Below are positions 12,898 to 26,222 of a stretch of DNA of 64,000 nucleotides, in pieces (the first letter of the stretch is position 1; every line of letters starts with the position of its first letter). The position numbers and the translations under genes are program-made. Under the pieces are notes generated by a model. It saw only the letters and a program-made list of their open reading frames with translations, was not told the origin of the DNA and did not search any database. The stretch comes from Selaginella moellendorffii (lineage: Eukaryota > Plantae > Lycopodiophyta): contig NW_003314269.1 in NCBI RefSeq assembly GCF_000143415.4, positions 2,363,544 to 2,427,543 on the forward strand, given 5' to 3'.

Positions 12898-13297
12898 GGT
12901 GGAAGAGAGAAAGAAGAAGGGATTCTATACGAGACGATCACCACGACGCTCTAGAACACGCGCCCTGGGAGAGCTCTCCACTCCGAGGGAAAATGTGGCT
13001 GCTCTAGGTCTTTTTATTTGGGCGTGGGTTTTGGTACTTCACACTTGCAAAGGGCTCCCGCCTCCTGCTGCTTCTGGGCCACTGAATCGAGCTGTCTTGT
13101 GCATGTTCCAACGGACTTACCAAGATTCCCTACCATCGATGAAAAAGCGTCCTAAGCCGGGTGAAAAGAACGTTTTCACCTGAGGTGACGCTACTGTAGA
13201 CAAGCCCCTCTTTGCATGTTCAGCGGTCTCCTCCATTCAACGATAGTCAACTTCTAGTACGGTATAGTTTTTATTGTAATGGCCAATGACTATATGG

Positions 13298-14447
13298 TCA
13301 ATGGTCAATGGCCCAGTTATCTATCTGGACGTTTGGCTTGCCCAAGTTCTTGAAATTGCCATCCCTCCTCATCTTGTAGTATTCTGCCCAGTTGACCGGC
13401 TTGTACTTAGCTGGATGATTCTCGTTGACCAGGTCGGGCAATGGGGCAGCGTTGGTCGCATAGGTTGGACTAAAGAAGACCGGGCAAGAGAAGCGGTCTC
13501 TGGTGGAGTTGACCACCACACGATGCTCGATGCTTTGGTACTTGCCGTTGCTCCAAACCTGTGAAAGGTAAACTCTGGAAGAGATGGGGGTGATAGAAAG
13601 GAAAATTTACCTGGATGAGGTCTCCAATGTTCACTGCAAATGCGTCCCGGCGAGCTTTCACTTGGACCCACTGATCGTTCCTTTTGGATTTCACTTGGAG
13701 CCCCCCAACCTCGTCCTGGGCTAGCAGCGTGAGGGCGCAGCCATCTTTGTGCCTGCTCACTCCAAGAACAAGGTCGGGGGACGGGCACTTTCGGTAGAAA
13801 TTGAGGCGAACTCGAGTGGATCCTCCCACGAAGTGTTCGTTCAAGGCCTTGGCGGGAGCTCCGAGGCTCTCAACGACGAGCTCCAGGACCTTGAAAGCTA
13901 GCGCCTCCATAGCCGCCGAGTAATTCTTGCAAGCATCCCTGTCAAAATCGCATAAACAGATTCCTGGATGATAGAGAACCTCTAGGGAGAAATACCTGAA
14001 TTCCGGAGGATTTGAAGGCCATTTGTTCGTAAAAACTTGCTTTGGATCGATTTCGGCTCTCTCGCAGGCCAAGTAGTCGTAGACCTCCTTCCAGTCGCGG
14101 ACATTCTTGGTGAGCTCCATGTCGAAGTATCCCATGGCGTTATCCGCAGTTCTCGTCACCTTGCGCTTCTCCTCGAGATCCAGGTCGAAAAACTCCCTGG
14201 CCGACGACTCCACCTCGTCCAGCACACGCTGCGAGACCCCGTGATTGACAATCTGGAAAAATCCCCATTCCTGTGCAGCGTCTCCGATTTGCCGCACAAT
14301 GCTCTCCCTGTAGCTGCGATCCTGGGGCGATTCCGCAGCCTCCCAGTGCCATCCTTTGAGATCAATCACTGGAATTCCATCCGTGGAATTTACTTGGCCT
14401 GGGCGATGTTCGGAAGGAAGAACAAAGACCGGAAGAACTTCAGCCAT
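13298..14447 (-). CDS. 2-oxoglutarate/Fe(II)-dependent dioxygenase (DOXC class, At3g19000-like), 3 exons
   Basis: IPVIDL and WGFFQIVNHGV (DIOX_N), TKNVRDWKEV, HKD (HxD), distal H in SIEHRV, and RFS (RxS). Confidence 0.93.
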
Positions 14448-17400
14448 CGATAAGACCAGATTCACTGAACCATTTCGTTTTCATATAAGCCAAAGTGACA
14501 CGTGTCATTAGACAATTCACGTATGAAACAAACACATGTTTGTCCTAAGCCCTTTGCACATCATTGAAGAAGTTAATATAATGGATATGCTTTACCGAGT
14601 ACTTGCCCAGCAAATGCTAGGTGGTTTGCAAAGAAGTTTCTATTATTGAGGTTTATCATTACAATTTATAATGTTAAAGTCATTATAAGTGCTATAGCTT
14701 GTTTTGTTTTGGAAATCTAACATAGCACTAATATCTAGAGAAGGAATACTTGCTTAGCAAATGCTGGGTGGTTTACAAAGAGGTTTAATATAAAACCTCT
14801 TTATAAGAATTGTAAAAACAAAAAGATCTTGAGGAAGGAAGTGGCTTTGGTGTGTGGTGTTTTGAACTTTAATTCTAAGTCCATGTGGTGATGTGCATCT
14901 TGATAAAGCCACATAAAGTTGCCCATGAGTGAAAATTGGGTGGGGCAAGTAAACTCCAACTCGGTCAAATGTTTGTCTTTGGCATTTGGAGATTGTTAAG
15001 TAGTAGCCTAAACGAATTGGAAATTGTTTTTTGAACATTTTAAACGGAATGTCTGCATTTGATGGTATTAGTGTGATACGTGGGATAAAAATTCTTGTCC
15101 CTTTAAATTGCCCCATCACAATTTCACAATCTAAAACATTTGGTAGTGCATTTTTTAGGATGAGACATGTGCCATTGCATAGTCCTGCTGATGGAAACAT
15201 ATTCCTTAGGAGGATAAAAACAACACTTTGTTTGAGAAAGAGTTTATGTGGTGAGAGACTAGAAGGTGTGATAAAATTTAGGAATTCTATTGGAAAATTT
15301 TCAAGATGTTCAGTGTCAACAAAATCAATGCTTTTGTAGATATATATGTATCACCTTGTAATCTAGAGACAATAGTATTGTTGATTACAAATGTGTCATC
15401 GTTAAGTGGGGTAAGTATAACTTGATTGGCTGCAATATAAGAGTTTGAAATATCAAGTACTGAAGGGTAGACAAAATCAATAATAAATGAATAAATTAGT
15501 TGTGTATGAGGTAATAAAATGGAGTTAAAAGGTAAAGATGGTAAATTTTGAAAGTTTTCACCATTTCCAACTTTGAGAAGCCATTAAGCCCATGATTTAT
15601 CACTTTCAGCAAGCTGCATATTTGTTTTCAAAGATAATTTTCTAAATAATCTCCATAATTTATTCATTCTTACAAAACTTGAAATAATTTATGCTCTATG
15701 TCCACGTGGAATGACTGGAAGTGTTTGTTTAAAGTCCCCACTAGTGATAACAATTATGCCACTAAAAGGTAATGATGTATTTTTTAGCTTTCGCAACACT
15801 CAATTAATAGTAGTGAATGCATGAGTGTGAACCATACTTATTTCATCCCATAACAATACGTTAGTAGTTTTGATTCTTATATCTGTTTCACTATTAGCAG
15901 TTATAGCAGAAGTTGATGTTTCATTTATTGGAACAAAAAGTTTAAAAGTTGTGTGTGACATTTGGCCATTATAGAGTAAAGTACTTGCAATTCCTATCCA
16001 AACTATGCTAACAACATTTATTTTTTTCAGCTATAAAATATTTATAAGAGTGTTAAGAAGAAATGTTTTACCAGTACCACCAGGGCCATTAATAAAAATG
16101 TATCAATTTTGTTTAATTGGGTGATCAATAACATTAAGAATATCATTAAAAATATTTAACTGTTCTTGATTAAATTGAGGAATATTTTTTTCAACATTTT
16201 GATATATTTGTGTTGAGTTGACAATAGTTTCATCATCAAAATTTTCAGACGGGAAAGGTAGATGGTAGTTTTGATTAGTTTTGCCATGCATTTTCATTTT
16301 TATATTTATATTATGTAAAGTATGTTCATAATGACAAATTGAATTTGTTTGCATGAAATCCTCAGAAAGGAAGTCCTTAAATTTATCTCATAAGAAGTAA
16401 CGATCTTTTGGAGTGCAAAAGATATAAAGTAATACAAATAATTATCTTAATTGTGATGGTATTCTAAAAAAGCAGGCATCTTCTAAATAGTTTTCCCATT
16501 CGATATCATTAGCTATAAGCCCCATTGCATTTGCAACTTGTTGAAATGTGTTATAATATATATTATTAATTGTCTTAAAATCTTTGAAAGACATAACACC
16601 TATTTTATGGAGTAAAATAAAATGTAAATAATATAATTCAACATTAAATGGCGACACAGAATACATTTGGGGAATGACATTTCTTGTATGTCAAATTTGC
16701 CAATTATGAGTATGAGGGTTAAATGTATAATATAAAGGGATCTCAAGATATGTATATTGTTTAGCATTTGGGTCATTTATATTTAATTCAAACTATTTTG
16801 TTAACATTGTACCATTTTGAGTGGCTCTTTGAAATGCTATTTTTTCAGAACCTTCTATAAAATAAATGTTTTGAAAATTTGGAAGATGGATAGGAAGACA
16901 GATTATAGGGGTTGAACGACCATGCATTTTAAATTTAAAAAGTCTCCATATTGCCTCTGGAGCAGATACATAATGTGTATATAAAAAAGTTGAGATTTCA
17001 TCAGGTTATTGGGTTGCTGAATGGATTTTAATTGTTGCACAATCATAACCTTTATAGACATATTGAAATAAATACTTAATACTTTTTATAGTAGAACAAA
17101 TTTCAATATTAATATGAGCATTATATTTTTTACAAAGGTATTTATTATAAGGCACTACCCAGTGATTATCAATATAGCACCCATTTTTTAGAAATGTGCG
17201 GCTATTATCAAGTCTATAATAATCTGGATATCCTAGTTTCATAATTAAATTTTTTTGGATAACCTTTTGAGCAAGTGCCATTTTCCATGCAAGGACTATT
17301 AGGGTAAAAAGGTCCACATGAACCATGTATCATATAAGATGTAACTATCTTAGAAATTTCAAATTCATCTTGAGGATCAAGCAATTATGCCATTATGTAT

Positions 17401-19162
17401 TGATCAATAGCATTACAGTGTTTAATCTTGTTTTCATGAGATAAAATCTTTAGAAAGTGACAATGTGGAAGGCCTTTCTTTTAAAATTCAATTACATATA
17501 TAAAAGCAATACAATTTCCAAAAATATGTTTTTTTAGTAATATCATTCAAAAATTCTTTAAGCTTGATATGAAATACTCTAAAAACCAAGTCTGGACGAT
17601 CCTCAGGGCCTTTATTTGATGTAAATTTTTAGAAATTTCTGGCCATTTGGGATTGTATGTAAAAGTAATGAAAAGATCTGTCTTTGAAAAATGAGTAACT
17701 ATCTTGATAATTTTGTTGCATTGCTCTAGGGCCACCCCCAAAACTTAAAGGTAAAATAACAATCTTGCCTGGATTTATATTTTCATTAGTAGCACGGTTT
17801 GCAACATAATCCATAAGACTAATATACATTTCAACTCGTAATTGTTTCTGATGAGTGCGATAGTAATTCAAATTATTGCTTTCAACTTTTACATATGCAT
17901 CAACTATATATTGTTGTGTGAGTTTTCCTGCATGTAAAATTTGATCAAAACCAAAGTGTATTGAGTCTCTTATAGATAAACAGTATGCATAATATTGGAG
18001 TAATGTAATTTGACGTCCGGAATTAAAATTATTTTTGTGCCAGCCTTTATCACCAAAAGGAAATATTAATGGGTAAACCATTGGATCACAATTATAATCA
18101 AATGTTGAGATACATTTAGAATTGCTTACAGTTGGATATATACAAATTTCACGACAATGTGGCGGTTCTCCATCATCATTAACAAACACAACAACAACAT
18201 CATTTATCCATGGAACATTATAGTGTTGTGGATTAGTTCCTTCAGTTTTTAATAACATGTAAACACCACGTATAGGATAACCTGAAAGTGTAGTAGAATG
18301 AATTTCTTCTTGTTCCATTTCATACATCATTTTGAAAGCTTGAGCATATAGGTTAACATGACAAAGCAAAGCATCAAGATATTTAAGTAAGTTTGTTTCA
18401 CAGCTTGAATTAAAAGGGTTTTGCTTTCTTATATCTGTAGCTTCTACAGTATCAAGTATATAAAGTTGTCCATAAGTTCGATATTGACCTTCAGAAGGAT
18501 GTGCTGATACAATATTATGATATATTTGACCATGGATTTTAAAGCAATAAGGACCATGACCTTTTACAATATCAATATTAGAAGACATAGATGCAAAAAC
18601 AAGAGCACTATTGTAATGTCTAATATTTGTTCTAAAGTTAGAGTTTTTATGTTGCTTGTAAAGTGAAAGTAAACAAAATGGTAAAGGTGAAATTGGAGGT
18701 AATACAACTTGGTTATTCTGGCAACACATTGAAGAGTTTTCATCTTTAAAATGCAATGCATTACAAAAAGTACAAACAAATGATAAACTACCAATATTAA
18801 AATCTATAATGTTAAAGTCATTATAAATGCTATGGCTTGCTAGTGTGGTATTCATGGGTGGGTGTGGTGGATTTAATATTGCTTGATATATGTGATCATC
18901 ATAATGACGTGCATATAAGGTTCCAGATGCTTCTGACTATCTAACTGATTGGCATATGTAATCATTATCATGATTAATATTTTGGTGTATAGAATTATTA
19001 TCATGATTATTTTTAACAGCTATAATATGTGTATCATAATTAATCATAGTTTCAGAGGCATCTAAATCTCCATTAGATTGTTTACTATGTCGCATGGCTC
19101 TCAAAAGATGGCGGAGGCAAGGCATTTTCAGTCAATTTGATTGTAGATTTAAAGCTTATCTC

Positions 19163-19182
19163 TATATATATATATATATATA
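19163..19182. repeat. (TA)n microsatellite inside Helitron A
   Basis: Direct inspection, about 10 TA units. Confidence 0.9.
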
Positions 19183-19572
19183 TTAGTTGAGTTTGTATAG
19201 AAGTTTATGTAGAATAGGAATGCAGACTACAATTGGATATATATAAATTTCACAACTATGTAATGATCCACAATTGTAGCAAGCTTGGATATTACAAAGT
19301 TGAATGTTCATAACTTACTAGCAAAGCAAGCTTTGCAATTTTGAGCTCCAGCCCCAAGTGCTGCTCCTACGCCAGCATCAAGTTACCTGGCACAGCATCC
19401 CAGACACCTGAGAAAGCCCATAAGCACACATCATTGAAACCAACCCTCTGAATCTTAGAAACTGGAACTAAATTTTAGATTTGACGGAAGCAGTATCGGA
19501 CGGAAAAAAAATCTCATCATAGAATACAAAATCTTACCGGTTGCCCATGGCATCAAAGGTCGAACTCAAACG

Positions 19573-20001
19573 AAAAAGAGAAGCGTAGCCTAGAACAGCT
19601 GCTGCCTGTGAGAGAAACCAATCCATCAGTTGCAGAAACGAATAAAAAAGGAAGAACGATCGAAGAACTTGAAAGAAACCTAGAGTGCTGGAGATGGCAC
19701 TGCTGCTCTAATTACATCGGCCATGGGCCATTGGCAATCAAATTGATGAGTGGCAGACGAATTTTTTGGAGTCAAAGGCTGAAACACAAACAAAAAAGAG
19801 AAGCGTAGCCTAGAACAACTGCTGCATGCGAGAGAAACCAATCCATCAGTCGCAGAAATGAATCAAAAAGGAAGAACGATTGAAGAACAATCGAAGAACC
19901 TGAAAGGAACCTGGAGTGCTGGAGATGGCGCTGCTGCTCTAATTACATCGGCCATGGGCCATTGGCAATCAAATTGATGAGTGGCAGACGAATTTTTTGG
20001 A
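19573..20001. repeat. Approx. 200-bp tandem duplication in the 5' region of Helitron A
   Basis: AAAAAGAGAAGCGTAGCCTAGAACA...GGCAGACGAATTTTTTGGAG occurs at 19573-19771 and again at about 19793-20001. Confidence 0.9.
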
Positions 20002-20188
20002 GCCCTAGGAGTGCATGGTGTAACACCTGTCACTATGCCCTCTTCCCTTCCCGGCCACACGTCTATCCCGCACATTGGCCACCACAACATTGAGCCAATA
20101 TTCCTACTAACCATGGCTTCTGAGTCTGCCCCCAGCCTGGGATCAGACGGCTGCGGGGGTTTAGGTTCTTCATTCTTATTATTATAGA

Positions 20189-23100
20189 CTAGTATTTGCC
20201 CAGCCAATGCTGGGTACTTAGCAAAGCCTCTCAAACTTATTAACATATCTTTGTGAGAGAATTTGCTCATATTTCACAATTTCCTTGTGAGATCATTCCT
20301 TCATTTTTAGCACCGGTCCATTGCTATCCATTGGGTCATAGGGAAAGTAAAAAAGTAAACAAAGTTTATTATAGTTTGTTTTTAAGTTTTAAGGTGTAGT
20401 AGCATAGGAGTTAGTTAATATAAAGCTTCTTTATATACAGTATTGATGGTGAATGTTGATGAATTGAATGGAATTAAGCGGCCTTGTGTCAACTCGAATT
20501 GCAAGTTGTTGTGGTGATGTGCATCTTGAGAGTGCAACATAGAGCTGCGCATGGGTAAAGACTGGCTGGGGTAAGTAGATGCCTACATGATCAAATGTTT
20601 GACCTTGGCATTTTGAAATTGTTAAGCAGTATCCAAGACGAAGAGGAAATTGTTTTCGAGACATATGGAATGGAACATCTGAATCAGAGGGTGTTAAGTT
20701 AATGCGTGGGATAAAAGTTCTAGTACCTTTAAATTCACTTGTAATTATTTCACAGTCCAAACTTTAGATAAAGTTCTTTTGACCATTAGTCGAGTTCCAT
20801 TGCATAATCCAATTGTTGGAGACATATTTCTCAAAAGAATAACTATACAACCTTCTTCTAGTATCAATTTGTGTGGTGGTAGTCCAAAGGGAGTGATAGA
20901 GTTTAGAAATTCAATTGGGAAATCTTTAGGGTGTTCAACATCAACGGAGTCAATGCTAGTATAAATTTGAGGTGGACCTGGTTATTGAGAGATGATGTTG
21001 TTGTTAATTGGGAATGTACCATCATTGAGAAGTGTTAAAATGGCTCTATTTGCTGCAATTTGAACATTTGAAATATCTTCAATACATAGGAATATGAAAT
21101 TAGTAATAGAGTTCTGAGGGAAGAAGGATAGAATCAAATGGTAAAATAGGGTTTTGTGTGTAATTATTTCTATCACCAACTTTCAATAGCCATTCTGCCC
21201 AGTTTGGGAACTTGGGGCCAAGCCGCATATTTGTTTGCAATTGAAACTTTCTAAATAGATTCCATAGACTATTCATTCTTATAGATGTGGAAACAATCTG
21301 TGCTTGATGGTTGTGTGGGACAACTGGTAATGTTTGACAGAAGTCACCACTTATAACAATAACAATGCCACTGAATGGAGAATTGTTCTGTTTCAAGTCT
21401 CGTAGGCAGTGGTCGACAGCTGAAAAGGCAAGTGTATAAACCATATTAATTCCATCCCAAATAAACACTTGTATTGCTTTCATAAATCTACCGGCACTGT
21501 TATTAGGTGTTAAACCAGAAACGGATGTACCATTAATTGGAACTGGTAACTTAAAGGTTGTATGAGATGTTTATTCATTATGTAGTAGTGTGCTTGCAAT
21601 GCCCGTCCATGCCATACAAACCACTTTTTATTGTAGAACTCAAAACATTTTACCATTGTATTTAATAAATATGTTTTGCCAATACCACCAGAGCCATCAA
21701 TAAAAATAAAACGGTTGGTATCGGTTGGGCACTCGATAATATTAACAATTTCATTCAATATAGCTAATTGTTCAACATTCAAGTTTCTAATATAATGGTA
21801 AATTTCTATATATGAATAGTTGCAATTTGGTATTGGTTGAATAAAGGTATTTAGGATTGGGATAGGTAAATTGTATGATTGGTTTGTTTTACCATGTATT
21901 TTCATTCTTGAGTTAATGTCTATTAAAGCAAGTTTATATCCGCATACAATATTTGTTCTACCAAAATCTTCAGAGAGCTGATCCTTAAAACATCCCAAAG
22001 ATATAGTGGGTTTTGTGGATTGCAAAAAATACATATGAAAGTAAAGAGTTGACACAATTGTGTAGGCATTTAAAAATTGCATGTTTCTTGTAAACAATTA
22101 TACCACTCGTTATCATTATCAAGAAGACCCATAGCAACAGCAGCTTGTTGAAAACTTTGGTAAGTTACATCATTAATTTTTTTAATATTGTCGAAGGATG
22201 TCACTCCTCTTTTATGAAGAAGAATAATACATAAGTGGTACAACTCAGTATTTAGAGGAGATACTAAGTATAGTCGAGGAATAACCTTTTTCTTTTTTCG
22301 ACATTGCCATACATTAGCAGATTTATTGAAAACATAACGTAAAATTATTTCAATGTAGGTATATTGTTTTGCATTCAGATCATGAATATTAAATTCGAAC
22401 CATTTTATTAGCATTGTTCCATTACGTGTTGCTCTTTGCAAGGCATTGTGCTCCAAGCCTTCTGTAAAATACACATTTTGGAAGTCAGGAAGATGTATGG
22501 GCAGACGTATTATAAAGTGTGAGCATCCATGCATTTTAAATATAAATATCCTCCAAACAGCTTTCGGTGCTGAAATGTATCGGGTATTTATAAAATTCGT
22601 GATTTCATCCCAGTTTAATACGTTTTCAGACTGAGTAGCTATTTGGATTTGAATGGTTGCACAATCATATCCTTTATAAACATATTGAAAAAGATATTTA
22701 ATACTTTTAATTGATGCACATATTTCTATATTTATATGGGCTTTGTATTTTTTACATAAATATTTATTATATGGGACAATCCATCTGTTATCAATTGAAA
22801 CATCATTTTTAAGGAAGGTGTGACCATTGTTTGGCCTAAAATGTTCTAGGTACCCATCCACACAATATATAGTTCTGTCATTGAAGTTTTTGGGATAGTT
22901 TTTGGAACATTTTTTGTTTTCCATACATGGACTTTGAGGATTTAGTAATCCACATGGACCATGTATCATATATGATATGATTATTTCAAATAGTTCGGGC
23001 TCTGATAAAGGATTAGGTACATATTGGTCAATAGTGTCACGGTCTTTAATTTTACTTTCATTATCTAATATGCCTAGGAAATGACAATGTGGCAAACCTC

Positions 23101-25728
23101 TTTTTTGGAACTCAATGACATATATAAATGCAATACATCTTCCAAAGATATTATTTTGTGTAATATCATGGAGAAACTATTTTAGCTTCATGTTAAAAAC
23201 CTTAGCAACTAAATCAGGTCGGTCTTTAGGTCCTTCATTAGGGTGTAGATTTTGTAATATCTCAGGCCATTTAAGGTTGCAAGTGAAAGTTATGAAAATA
23301 TCAAGTTTTAAGTGTTTTGTTACAATTGCCATAGCATCTTGGTAATTTTGTTGCATAACTCTTGGGCTTCCTGTAAAAGTAGAAGGTAAAATAACAATTT
23401 TTCCTGGTCGAGCATTTGCATCGGCAGCTTTGCCAACAACATAATCCATCAAACCTGTATAAAAATCAACTCTCATATTTTTTTGATTAGATCTATAGTA
23501 TTGTAAATTGTTGCTTTCAATTTTAAAATAGGCATCTACAATATATTGTTGGATGAGTTTTCCAGCATGTAAAATTTAGTCATATGTAACTGTAGAGGTT
23601 GATAATGTTGAATCTCTTTTGGACAAATGATAGGCATAATATTGGAGTGTTACATGCTTGTTAGAAAAAAGCTTGTCATTCCAGGCTCTATCTCCATATG
23701 GAAAAAGCAATGGATAAACCATAGGATCACAATTAGCATTTAAAATAGATATATGTTGTGGTTCTAATGATTTTGGATGAATGCATATTTCATGGTCAAA
23801 AGGTGGCACACCATCTTCACTTTGGAAAACCATTGCAACATCATTAGTTTATAGAGCATTATATCGACGATGGTCTGTGCCTTCATTTTTAATAAGCATA
23901 TAAACTCCACGTAAATTGCTATCAGAAATAATAGTTCTTAAAATATTTTCCTGTTCCAATTCATACATCATTCTAAAAGCTTGTGCATATAGATTAATAT
24001 GTCGAAGTATCGTATCTAGTTGAAACAGTAAATTATAATCACAGTTAATGTTAAAAGGGTTTTGTTTTTTGATATCAGTAGCCTCATTGGAGTCTAGTAT
24101 GTACAATTGACTGTAGCTTGGATTTTGATGTATTGAAGGATGTTATGGCATAATTTTGTGATAGATTTGTCCATGAATTCTATAGCAGTATGGACCATGA
24201 CCTGTAAAAGTATCAATGCTAGCTCCCATAGACGCGAAAGCAAGTGCACTATTATATTGTCTTATATTACTCTTGAAATTAGAGTGTTTGTGTGAGTTAT
24301 ATACAGAATACAGAAAAGGTGGTAATGGAAGTATTGGAGGCAGGTAGACCTGTCCACTCTGGCAACAAATAGACTTGTTCTCATCGGCAAAGTGTGAGGC
24401 ATGACAATACTTACAAATATATGATAAGGGACCTATATTCATTATCAAAACAGATGTATCATTATATAGGTAATTGCTAGCAAGTGTGTTGCGAATCTGA
24501 GGTGAAGGGGGCAAATAGGAATTGGAAATTGACTGCTGTTCATTGTGATTATTAAGATTTGTTTGATGTCGATACTCTGTATCCTCTTGAATATTACTGT
24601 TGTAAAAGCTATATGTATGCTAGTGCTAGTTAGTGTCTTCAATGTTATCATTGTACGTGGAATGTGTATGTCTATGTCGAATAGCATTCAGTACATGTCG
24701 AAGGCGTGACATTATTTTCAACAGTTTCTTTTGGAAATGGATATCAATTATTAGGGCAGATAGAAAGCAAAAGATATTTACTGAGGGGTATGGACAGGCA
24801 TAAAAACTAACCTTTTCGATGCAATTGGGTGATGCCAAAAAAGAGCAGATTGATGTGTGTTACCTGATACAGTGTTTTCTCACAAGACTTACATTTTTTC
24901 TACCTCACTGTGAGCACCATGTTTCGTCCACCAAATTGGGATCTGTGAGGCGCATGTTCCAATTGATCAGCCCGGGAACTCGTGGAGCAGTGCGGCACCT
25001 CAGATCTGCGAGCTCGAATGGAGGATCATCCCATCGTGTGGCGGCAATTGCAGATGTAGATGTTGTCAGGCTTCACGTCCAGGTGAGCAAGGCTGTGCCG
25101 AGTGAATGTGCTTCAAAGCATTTAAGAGCTTAAATCGCCTCGTCCCATTTCCTGGCAGTGGAGTAAGAATGAAGATCATACAAATTCTACGCACCACAAA
25201 TACCTTGCTTTGATGGAACTCCTCACAAATAACAACTTGCAATGGGGTTCTCAGCAGCAAAGACACCAGCATTGACACAGTGCCTCCGATTTAGATTGCG
25301 AATCGGCAGCAGCAGCAGGGGCTCTCTCGCCATCTCAAAAACCCTAGAAAAACATACAAAACAAAACCAAGCTGGATCACGACACGATCAAGCTCAAATC
25401 CCAGCCAGCAGCAACAATTTGGGAGTGGATTTGCTTACCTACCGGAAGAAATTGCGATCCACAGCACACTCCAAGGGCTGCGATGGACTTGATCCTACCC
25501 GGAGTGACACTGTGGAACAGCAATCTCCAGTCAACACTTTGCATGTGCCACGTGTTGCTAGGCCTTCTTTTCCCGCCACACACGGCTTGGCCACCTCCCA
25601 TTGGCCGGGAGCAAACATCAGTGTGATTATTCGCTAACACGTGGTTAAAGAAATAACCCCTACCCCCCATCGGACGGCCCCGATTGGCCAGATCACAAAG
25701 TTCGGCATTTGCTCCTTATAGTAGTAGA
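20189..25728 (-). mobile_element. Helitron B with canonical termini (degenerate RepHel, approx. 20431-24712)
   Basis: 5' A|TCTACTACTATAAG at 25728. 3' hairpin CCCAGC-ATTG-GCTGGG (20199-20214), then CTAG|T (20189-20192). Rep motifs FITFTCN, VIEFQKRGLPHCH and KYLFQYVYKG; helicase motifs DGSGGIGKT, GDFCQTLPV and KQFPLRLGY. Confidence 0.93.
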
Positions 25729-25779
25729 TATTTCTTTTTGCTGACAACTAGGAAATGTTAAATTGTTACTCTTAATTCT

Positions 25780-25985
25780 TCATGCCTTCATATTTTGATT
25801 GTCTCATGGAGTGAATCAGGCTAGGCCACAGCAAAGTCTTCATATTGGGGTTTTGTGGATTTTACCCAGGTATTTGACTTGGTGCCTCGCAATCTCCTCA
25901 TTGACCTATTGCTCCAGCTCAACTCCGCTTGTTGTGGTGGTAGTGGAACTCTCTTCGTGATCTACATTGGGGGGCTTGAGACAAT
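25780..25985 (+). mobile_element. Highly degraded non-LTR (LINE/RTE-like) reverse transcriptase fragment
   Basis: One frame reads FVDFTQVFDLVPRNLL...LFVIYIGGL, resembling the FVDFxKAFDxVPR and LFxxYID motifs of LINE RTs. Confidence 0.4.
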
Positions 25986-26222
25986 GATAAGGGCGAGAAT
26001 CTTTTGATCAAGCACCAGGGAAGGCAAGAAAGCCCAAACCATGATCTTCATGCTGGATTCAATCTCCTGGAAGCCCAGGAATTTGGACTTAGAGGGAACA
26101 ATCTCCATGAATCTTAACCAAGCTGGTAATTGTTTTATAGTTATAATTTATTTAATTAAAAATCACATCTTAAAAGCATAAAGAAGAGAATATCCATCCT
26201 CTTTAGAAACTTTGATTATAGA

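Larger units (their letters stand above)
14596..20188 (-). mobile_element. Helitron A (degenerate RepHel, approx. 14754-19125)
   Basis: 5' end TCTATAATAAG at 20188. Rep motifs FITFTYNPKWPEI, GLPHCH and KYLFQYVYKG; Pif1 helicase motifs GPGGTGKT, KQFPIRLGY and HGQLYVALSR. Many stops and frameshifts. Two degenerate 3' hairpins (14753-14768, 14606-14621). Confidence 0.9.
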
